The translations under genes were made by a program, and so were the position numbers. Below the pieces are notes generated by a model, which worked only from the letters and a program-made list of their open reading frames with translations, was not told where the DNA came from and did no database searches. A stretch of DNA of 64,000 nt, taken from Nemertoderma westbladi. Its lineage: Eukaryota > Animalia > Xenacoelomorpha. Shown here piece after piece: positions 51,488 through 61,678 of this stretch (its first letter is position 1; every line of letters begins with the position of its first letter). Location: NCBI GenBank assembly GCA_032718475.1, contig JAUCBJ010008710.1:1-64000 (forward strand), written 5' to 3'.

Positions 51488-52534
51488 TGTAAAAGCTTCT
51501 GTGGGATATAACTGGCCCCTTTGCTTCGCAATCCAGTTTCCCCCCAGGCGCTGGAATACTCTAAAAAAGGTTCTCTAACTGTATATATATTCCCCTCGCC
51601 CGCAAGGTACCGTTACAGGTGTTTTAACGGACATAAAAGTCATTCTGCTATACAGTCCCGCTCTCAAAAAGCATTCCTTTGATCAAACATTGATCAAACT
51701 TTGATCAAACATTGATCAAAGTTTGATCAAAATGCGTCCATAGAATATCATTGAAAGTAGCATTGACATTGAAATGACATTGATGGCATATTGAAATGAC
51801 CTTGAAATCGACCCACCGAAATTCCAGACTTTCTGTCTCATATTGAAATGACATTGAAATGATTTCAAGGTAACAGTTTACATCTCTCAACTGCGGCAAG
51901 CCTTTGAACTCAGATTCCCGCCGAGAACTGGCTTTTGTTAATGGCCAAGTCGCTATGTGATTGACAGGGCAGTGGATCGAGCTTGCTTGACTTTGTGGAT
52001 GGACCGCGATTGGATTTACATGGCAGTGTTGTGGTAGTGTCCCAGACTGAGTCTTGTTCTTGTAGGGCCGGGCCTATTATTACACTAACAACTAGTTCAG
52101 AAAAACATCCTTTGGAATATTTTTAAATTATTGTTTTATTAGAAATTAGTTTCAATGCTCCTTAAATCAGAATCAAGGCCAAAGACCTCCATTGACATAG
52201 CAGCGCGATGGCTGCCGTTGCATTGCATTTGCTTATACAGTAATTGTGTAAATTCGGCAAGCTTCCTTCCTGCCCCTGTCTCTAATTATACTAATAAATG
52301 TAAATAAAGAAATAAATAAATCCAAGCGCCAGTGCCAGCGCACCCCCTAAAATACCTTCTAAAAATGTACGTAATTTAATTTTAATACTCTGATAAGGTA
52401 ATAATTATATTGAAAATCTCATTTGTTTTAAAGTAAACTATGTTATGTACATCATTAGTTACGTATTTTTTAATTCAGATTAACGTATTGTAATTATAAT
52501 TTTTTAAATATTAAAAATCAAATTGGGTTAGTAA

Positions 52535-53559
52535 TTAGCAAGTCGTTAGACTTGATTACTGTAAGAATTGTTTGCTGATTGACTGGCTGACTGACTGACT
52601 GACTGACTGACTGACTGACTGACTGACTGACTGACTGACCTACAGCCAAAACTACTCTAACGATTTTGATGAAATTTTCACAGCAGCTAGATACCGCGAT
52701 TCTAAGGTCCCTGGCATGATCGGCTACTCCGTCCATAGCCTCTGGGCTTGAAAAATAGAGATAAACGAAAAAACGCCATAGGCGCTATGGTAAAATAACA
52801 CCAATGACAGCTGGTGTCCTGATGAAAAATGGCTTATGTAATGCATTTCTACACAAAATGTTAGTAATAAATCGATGAGGTTGCCAAGATTATTGTACTT
52901 AGTACACCCATACTGTTTGTTTAGGCCCTACCAACCACTCTCTGCAAACAAACATCAACTGGTTGGTTTGCTATTCTATAGGGAGCCACCTAACAAGGAA
53001 GTACATACAGTGCCAACTTTATAATCATTCACTGGGTTAGCCGGCTATTACAGCCTCAGCTGAATAACTCTTCCCCCTGCTGAATGACTATTAGGTATAC
53101 AGTGTATCGGCTACATTATGCCAACATTAATACTGTGGAGGCTGTATGCTTATAAGGCGGAATGTTTACTCAGCCTGCTACTGATACTCTGTAAGGCTTA
53201 CACTAACATTATAGTTTGAAATATAAAAATAACTGCTTATTATCTGTATTGGGTTAATCACTGTGGCATTCAAAATGTTTTGTTAGGTGAATGACATTTA
53301 GTGGCTAAGATTATTCTCTGTCAGATTCCCTTCACACCATAGGCAAACATTGTTGAGGCTGAGGGAATTTACTTTAGTTTACTCTACTGAGTCATTCAGC
53401 TGAATGGATTTGAGCAATTGCCAAATTACAGAGTGGGATCTCTCTCTGACCATAGATAAATAACACTTCCCTTCTGAACAAAGGTAAACATTGTTGAGGG
53501 AACTTACCTTTGATTGACGACTTCCGACTTGCTTAATGGCGTCTTGACGCCGTCTCTAG
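52535..53559 (+). mobile_element. Non-autonomous Helitron/HINE-type element, unit 1
   Basis: 5' subTIR AGCAAGTCG with palindrome AAGTC-GTTA-GACTT, (CTGA)n tract, 3' subTIR CGACTTGCT, hairpin GGCGTC-TT-GACGCC, CTAG end. Confidence 0.8.
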
Positions 53560-55046
53560 TCAGGAACCGAGAGGTTCATTACTGTAAGAATTGTTGGCTG
53601 ATTGACTGGCTGACTGGCTAATCTATAGCCAAAACTACTCTAACGATTTTGATGAAATTTTCACAGCGGCTGGATACCGCGATTCTAAGGTCCCTGGTAT
53701 GTTCCGCTATTTCGTCCATGAGCCGTGGGCTCGAAAAATAGACATAAACGAAAAAACGCCATAGGCGCAATGGTAAAATAACACCAATAACAGCTGGTGT
53801 CGTGATGAAAAATGGCTTATGTAATGGATTTCTACACAAGGCTTAGTATAAATCGATGAGGTTGCCAAGATTATTGTACTCAGTACACCCATACTGTTTG
53901 TTTAGGCCCTGTCAAAGCAAATATAAACTGGTTGGTTTAGTTTGAAATCTATTATTGCCTCAGCTGAATAACTCTTCCCAATGCATTCTAGTTGAGTATC
54001 CAAGTTTCTCCCTCTGCTAATGTAAGCTGAATGACGGTTTAGTATGCAGTAGTGTGTTGGCTACATTAATGCCAACATTATTGCAAAATGTTTTATTGTT
54101 GGATTACTCTGTCAGTCTCCCCTTCAGAACATTGTATAGGGAATTTACTTTAGTTTACTCTACTGTGCCATTCAGCTGAATGGATTTGAGCGATTGCCAA
54201 GTTACAGAGTTGGATCATTCTCTGACCATAGGCAAAGACATCAAATCTTTTTAAAAAGATACTTTTTCCATGTTTTTTTTTCTGACCAAAAATTTCAAAA
54301 AAAAATTTTTGTAGCCAGTACTGCCAATCGATTCGCCATCAAAAATAACGCAAAAAATTTTTTTTGCAAAATTTTAAATTACTGTAAATTTTTGGCGACT
54401 GGGGGGGGGTCAATTTTTTTCGATCCGCTATAACTCCGGAACGCTTTGTCCAAATTCGATGGGGTTTTTATTTTTCAACTTAATTCGACGTCCTCTTTAG
54501 GCCTATCCATTTTTCGAAACCCCAAACAGCACCGTTCAAAAATTAATTTTTTCTAGTTCTAGAATTTTACAAATTTCAAAAAAGTTGCAGTATTTTATTA
54601 ATGCCTTTACGGAATTTGATAGCGTTTTTGATTTTTATATTAAACGCAATATCCTGAATCTCACTAGCCTAGTTTCGCGTCACCAATGCCAATACTTTAT
54701 ACTTTTTGAGGAAAATTTTTCTAGAATAATTTTTATTTAATTACATTTATCGCGATTTCTTATTACTGGTTGCACATGAATTGATGGAGTTTTCAATTTA
54801 TTAACTAAACACGATATCGCGCATCGCACCAGCGTGGTTTCGAAATTCCAAAACGAGGTCTTCACTAGTTGCATGTCGTTTTTGTTCTAGAATTGAGCAA
54901 CTAATAATTGATTGAATTTATTAATAATTATTGTATGAAATATGATTGTATTTTTACATAATGATTAGTTCTATATTTATTCTCGTTGTCTCTTTTATTT
55001 AAAATAAAAAGTCGGTTCCTTATCGGGCCGCTAGGCCCGTCACTAG
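53560..55046 (+). mobile_element. Non-autonomous Helitron/HINE-type element, unit 2
   Basis: 5' subTIR AGGAACCGA with palindrome GAACC-GAGA-GGTTC, 3' subTIR TCGGTTCCT, hairpin CGGGCC-GCTA-GGCCCG, CTAG end. Confidence 0.82.
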
Positions 55047-55085
55047 TTAGGAACCGAGAGGTTCATTACTGTAAGAATTGCTCGA

Positions 55086-55124
<39 letters not shown>

Positions 55125-57375
55125 TGACTGATCTACAGCCAAAACTACTCTAACGATTTTGATGAAATTTTCACAGCGGCTGGCTGACCTGATTCTAAGG
55201 TCCCTGGCATGATCGGCTACTCCGTCCATAGCCTCTGGGCTCGAAAAATAGAGATAAACGAAAAAACGCCATAGGCGCAATGGTAAAATAACACCAATGA
55301 CAGCTGGTGTCCTGATGAAAAATGGCTTATGTAATGCATTTCTACACAAGGCTTAGTAATAAATCGATGAGGTTGCCAAGATTATTATACTTAGTACACC
55401 CATACTGTTTGTTTAGGCCCTACCAACCACTCTCTGCAAAGCAAACATTAACTCGTTGGTTTAGTTTGAAATCTAGTATTGCCTCAGCTGAATAACTCTT
55501 CCCAATGCATTCTAGGGGAGTATAAAAGTTTCTCCCTCTGCTAATGTAAGCTGAATGACTTAAGTACACAGTGTGTTGGCTACATTAATGCCAACAATAT
55601 TGCAAAATGTTTTATTGTTGGATTACTCTCTGTCAGTCTCCCCTTCAGAACATTGTATAGGGAATTTACTTTAGTTTACTCTACTGTGCTATTCAGCTGA
55701 ATGGATTTGAGCGATTGCCAAGTTACAGAGTTGGATCATTCTCTGACCATAGGCAAAAGACATCAAATGTTTTTAAAAAGATACTTTTTCCATGTTTTTT
55801 TTTTCTGACCAAAAATTTCAAAAAAAAATTTTTCGTAGCCAGTACTGCCAATCGATTCGCCATCAAAAATAACGCAAAAAATTTTTTTTGCAAAATTTTA
55901 AATTACTGTAAATTTTTGGCGACTGGGGGGGTCAATTTTTTTCGATCCGCTATAACTCCGGAATGCTTTGTCCAAATTCGATGGGGTTTTTATTTTTCAA
56001 TTTAATTCGATGTCCTCTTTCAGCCTATCCATGTTTCGAAACCCCAAACAGCGCCGTTCAAAATTTAATTTTTTCTAGATTCTAGAATTTTACAAATTTC
56101 AAAAAAGTTGCGGTATTTTATTAACGCCTTTACAGAATTCGATAGCGATCAACTTAATTCGATGTCCTCTTTCAGCCTATCCATGTTTCGAAACCCCAAA
56201 CAGCGCCGTTCAAAAATTATTTTTTTCTAGTTCTAGAATTTTACAAATTTCAAAAAAGTTGCAGTATTTTCATTAACACCTTTATGGAATTCGATAGCGT
56301 TTTCGATTTTTATATTAAACGCAATATCCTGAATCTCACTAGCCTAGTTTCGCGTCACCAATGCCAAGACTTCATACTTTTTGAGGAAAATTTTTCTAGA
56401 ATAATTTTTATTTAATTACATTTATCGCGATTTCTTATTACTGGTTGCACATGAATTGATGGATTTTTCAATTTATTAACTAAACACGATATCGCGCATC
56501 GCACCAGCGTGGTTTCGAAATTCCAAAACGAGGTCTTCACCCGAATGGAGCCGAGTTGAGCCCAATCAAGCCGAGCAAGCCAGACTGAGCCGAGTCAAGC
56601 CCAATCGAGTCGAGTCGAGCCCAATAGAGCCGAGTTGAGCCCAATCAATCCTAGTCGAGCCCAATTGAGCGGGACCAAGCCAAATCGAGCCCAATCGTGC
56701 CAGACTGGGCCAATTTGAGCCAAATCGAGCCGAGTCAAGCCCAATCAATCCCAATCAATTGAGTCGAATCGAGCCCAATTGAGCCAAGTCGAGCCGGACC
56801 GAGCCGAGTCAAACCCAATCGAGCCGATTGAGCCGAATAAAGCTGAGTCGACTCAGACCGAGCCGAGCAGAACCCAATCGAGCCGAGTTGAGCCGTGTCA
56901 CGCCAAATTGAGCCGGACTGAGTCGAGTCGAGACCAATCAAGCCGAGTCGAGCCCAATCGAGCTGAGTCGAGCCGGACAGAACCGAGTTGAGCATAATCA
57001 AGCCGAGTCGAGCCAGACTGAGCCGAGTTAAGCCCAATCGAATCGAGTCAAGCTCAATAGAGCCGAGTCGAGCCCAATCAAGCCTATTTGAGCCCAATTG
57101 AGCCAAGTTGAGCCAAATCGAGCCGAGTCAACCCCAATCAATCCCAATCGAGCCGATTCGAGCCCAACCGAGCTGAGTCGAGACGAATCGAGCCGATTGA
57201 GCTGAGTCGAGTCGAGCCCAATCAAGCCGAGTCGAGCCCAATCGAGCCAAACCGAGCCGATCAAGCCAAGTCGAACTGAATCGGGCCCAATCATGCCAGA
57301 CCGAGCCGAGCTCGTTGTCTCTTTTATTTGAAATGAAAAGTCGGTTCCTTATCGGGCCGCTAGGCCCGTCACTAG
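55047..57375 (+). mobile_element. Non-autonomous Helitron/HINE-type element, unit 3
   Basis: Same termini as unit 2; (CTGG)n tract, ~150-bp internal duplication near 56000-56300, pentamer satellite; ends CTAG followed by T. Confidence 0.82.
56541..57311. repeat. Degenerate pentamer satellite (GAGCC/GAGTC/CAATC)n
   Basis: Continuous 5-bp periodicity over ~770 bp. Confidence 0.93.
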
Positions 57376-59417
57376 TACAGCAGATAATTGGTTTTACATG
57401 CTGGGGCGGCATAAGCTAAGAGCCATTACACATGCTATGCCATTACTTTGTTAGTGGTCTGTCGCTGTCGGCACCCCAAGCTAATAATATACAGCAAATA
57501 GCACTGAGACCGCTGACTCCTATGACATAATTTGTTGTGACTCGAATCAATTATTTCTCCTTACAAGGAGGCAACGTATTTCCCACTTGTGGCCAGCCAG
57601 AAGGCCACAATGTCAACTGATATAATAATACCAAGGGATATTCTTATATTACCCCCCCCCCCCCCCCCCCCCCCCCTTTAGAAAAATGCTTTTGTTTGAG
57701 AAAATTTGGAATGTGGATCTTTAATATATATAGGCCTATATATTATTTTTTTTCTCATTTCACGTGGAAAGTATTTCAGTCAGTATGCTTTCATATGGCC
57801 TCCCCCTCGGTACGCTAGTACCCCCCCCCCCCCCCCCCATTCTAATGTATTGTAGCCATCCACCCAACACATTGCGTAACTCAGAATTAAACTCCACACA
57901 GCCCCTACCCGCCCTTGCTTTCATTACCACCACACCGCCAAGTGGAGATTCAATTGCGGCTGTTATTTTCTGATAATCGCTGTAAATTATTATAACCTAG
58001 GCTTTAACTGGTTTAAATAACGGCTATAGCTTACAAACCTATGGTATGATATGGAAGTGGTGTCCTATGTGCTCTGCAGACATCCTACAGAGCACATGGA
58101 GCATTACACACACAGAGAGCAGAGAGAGAGAGAGAGAGAGAGAGTTAGGGCTGCTTGATTGACACACAGCTCAGTGGGAGTCTAGACTTTGAAGTGCAGC
58201 GCCTTTGGTAGAACTCAATGGCAGGATTTATAAGCCTGATACATTTCAATATTTGATCAAACTTTGATCAATGTTTGATCAAAGTTTGATCAATGTTTGA
58301 TCAAAGGAATGCTTTTTGAGAGCGGGACTGTATACGTGTTTTAGCGGACATGGTAAGGCAAAAAACCCGCAATACGGCAAATACTTTTACACAGCTTAGC
58401 CGTGATGATTCAGATTACGACATCTAACAGCTGGTTGCTTAAATGGAAACAGCCATTGGACGCATGGTTCTTTGTTTGGCTTCAGCCAATCAGAGCGATT
58501 CTCTCTGTCGATGTGGAGCTTTGAGCCGATCATACTGGGATTGTTCAGTCTTACAGTTTTTTACTGATACTTTGTTGTTATTGCTGTCTAAGCCAGAAAC
58601 AACGGCTCTAGAAAGAAACATTAGTAGGCTTAAGATTATAGAGCGTATGACTGTTATCGGTTCATAACAACTCACATATCGGTCCATATCAGTGCATATC
58701 ATATCTTAACCTACCGTCTTAATGTTTTTACTGTTGTCATATCTTATATCAGTGGATTGAATATTATTTGGAGAACATTTATAAAGAACCCAAATTTCCC
58801 AATTTTCTTGATACACTACAGGTTAGAGAGGCGGGTTATATATATAGCGATTGCGACTTGTATTATTGTGGTGTGTATTGAATTTAATGCTATTTGATAA
58901 GCCCTACATGAGTACGTTGCTATTCTCTTTATATATGATAAAATTCATTGACGGTCGGCAAATTAGTGAGCAGTGTTGTGTGTTACCGGTAGTGTGCATG
59001 ATTGTGGCTGATAACTAAGCATTTCCTAAAGAATGCGCCTCATACGTGAATCATAAGCCTTACCGACTTACCGTTGTGATTAGTATAAGTCATATCTCTG
59101 TTTACTTAGATAGAGCGCCACGTCCAAAAGGAACTGTTAATATTTCCCGAAAGTGAATAATATTAGTCAGAAATTAATTATTAACGATCAATCGAATAAT
59201 ACAATACAATAAGCTTCACTGCAATAATAATCTAAGCCGACAGAATCCAGTCTCCCGGGATTATCCAGCGGGTGAATGGACGCGCACTAGGCTGGCTTCT
59301 GCTAATGTTGTGTTTATAGGTATTAAATATTTGTCTTCTTCTAAAGTATATTTATAAACCAAAAGACATATAAATTTTGGCAGGTTAAACTGCTAAAGGT
59401 CTTCAAAAGCGCGTACA

Positions 59418-59428
59418 ATAACAGTCAT
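59418..59428 (+). promoter_or_regulatory. Non-tRNA primer-binding site candidate of family B (ATAACAGTCAT)
   Basis: Directly abuts the LTR end; exact reverse complement of ATGACTGTTAT at 58647-58657 inside the same LTR. Confidence 0.72.
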
Positions 59429-61678
59429 TGACTTTATTGCAGTAAGCAATAAAGTTGAAAGTACCAGTCAACCGGTAAACCTGAACCGGTACTTCTGTAG
59501 GTCAGTAGGCCCAACTGCCAGAACCGGTACTGCCGTAGGTCCGTAGGTCCAACTGCCAGAACCGGTACTTCTGTAGGTCTGTAGGCCCAACTGTCCTAAC
59601 CGGTACTTCCAGTATAAGTACATTAGTATTATTTCGATTGTGATCTATTGTATATTGTAGGCTGCCAGGGGAATAGGGATTGATCACCCCTCATTCTTTT
59701 GTATAGTTTACTTATTTCTGTCAGTTTTATTTACATGTAAGTTAATATTGAGCTGAAGACGTGTAAGTCTGCTCAGATTGTTCAGATAATTGTAGGCGGA
59801 CTGTTGTCAGATTGTTGTTGGGTTTGGAGAGATTACGGCGTGTGTAGAGTTTGTCTGATAGAGTGCCGTTAGTAAGTTGGGGCAGCCATATGCTGCAAGG
59901 TCAATCCCCTCTTAAAGAATAAGTCGTACTACCGTGTTAGAACGCATACTAACTAACTATTTCAGAATCTGCATATACTGTAGTTTATTTAGGCTTGATC
60001 GTAGTCTGCCAGCGTTTTAGCCTGTGTTTGTTTGTGTGGTCTGTTCAGGTACCGTAATAGTTATTACTCAGATATTTTGTAGGCTGGATTGTTGTCTAGC
60101 TATTATTAGGTCTGAAGAGATTGCTGTGTGTGTAGAGTTTGTCTGATAAAGCTCCGTTAGTAAGTTGGGGCAGCCATAGCGGTAAGGTCAATCCCCTCTT
60201 AAAGAATAAGTCGTACTACCGTGTTAGAACGCATACTAACTAACTATTTCAGAATCTACACGTATGGTAGTTTATTTAGGCTTGGTGGTAGTCTGCCAGC
60301 GTTTTGGTTTGTATTTGTTTGAGTATTCTGTACGGGTAGCGTAATATTTATTATTCAGAGTTTATGCGATTATTCGCAACATTCATGTCCCCAAGTTTAT
60401 TCCTACAGTAATTGTGTTTGTTACACATACCGTTATAGTTAAATTAACCCCGGTACTACACGGGCTGCTTGGCGTAGGTAAAGACTGGTGACTTTGTGCT
60501 TCGGTCACTCCAGCAGATGCCGTGGTTCTTTTAACTGTTCAAGTATATTTAACTACTGATTATTTGTTATACCAGTACTTGTACCTAATTTAGGGTTTAG
60601 TGTACAGTGCTTTCCGAAGTAATTAGTGTGTAGGCAGTATATTTGTGTTGTAAAGTGGTTAATAGGCACGCTGGATCTGGTAGTCCGCGGTAATTAACTT
60701 CTAGGTAGGAACAATCCGTGATACATAACGTAGTACCTATAGCGATACGGTTATAGGTCGTCAGGCGGTGGTATTTTCCTATCTGGACAACGCAGTGTAT
60801 TTACTACTACTTATTATTTTCAAATACCATAGTACCCTGTCCATTGTAATAACCAGAATTCTAACCCTTTGTTAGGCTGGTTTGTAGACTTCCTGTAAAA
60901 TTACCCTAAAAAAAATTCGTACGTAATATTTTGTTGTGTTTAATTAGAGAATTAATCTCACCCATATCGTAAGTAATTTGTAGTATTAAGTAACTTAGGT
61001 AAATTAGAATTATCAGTTTTAGTGTCAAATAAATAGCACTTCACTGAGAGCGCACAGCTTCTGTGTAGTGACCCCAGAAATAATAACATTTATTTCAAAT
61101 ATTGACAAAACCCTTTTAAACGGGTATATAAATATTATAAATCAACTCAAACGATTTATAAATAGTAGGCCTGCCATACAACAACTAGGTCTCAATATCA
61201 GTTGGATTGCTGCTTAAATAACGGTAATAAAGTAAGTTAAAGTAACCAAGTAACCCTAAAATATTCAGAAATTCAATTATTCTAAAATAATTGACATACC
61301 GGTATTTACCATAGGCTTATTATATTTATTTCTATAAATTTGAGCTGAAATCATACCGGTATTCTGTAATTAATTCTAGTAATAATTATACTTATATATA
61401 CTATAAGTGTCAGCTGTATACCGGTATTCACGATAGGCCTATTATATATTTATATATATTTGTGCTAAAATTATATACCGGTACTCTGTGACAAATCTAG
61501 TCTGTAATAATACTTATATATATATTATAAGCATACCGGTATTCTAATATATTATATATATATCACGCTACACTGAGTAGCAGTATCGGTAATTAATTAT
61601 TAGGCTAACAGTGATACTGAATTACTAGACTTGCTTTAACTGTAATATAGCAGTAGGCATTCGACTGTACAATCAAAC

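Larger units (their letters stand above)
51653..58330. mobile_element. Non-autonomous TIR DNA transposon (Tc1/mariner-like ends)
   Basis: Perfect 79-bp TIRs (51653-51731 and 58252-58330) beginning CAGTCCCGCTCTC, flanked by TA on both sides; no transposase ORF seen. Confidence 0.9.
51488..59417 (+). repeat. 5' LTR of a family B element (~1.25 kb), split by a 6.7-kb insertion
   Basis: Starts TGTAAAAGCTT and ends AAAAGCGCGTACA, matching solo LTR 27993-29192; no TSD (CCATC vs ATAAC); followed by UTR and gag in the same orientation. Confidence 0.82.

Noticed and set aside
56566-57412. ORFs with LGSIGLDSAR-like repeats resembling pentapeptide or LRR proteins
   Set aside because: Translation artefact of a 5-bp satellite.
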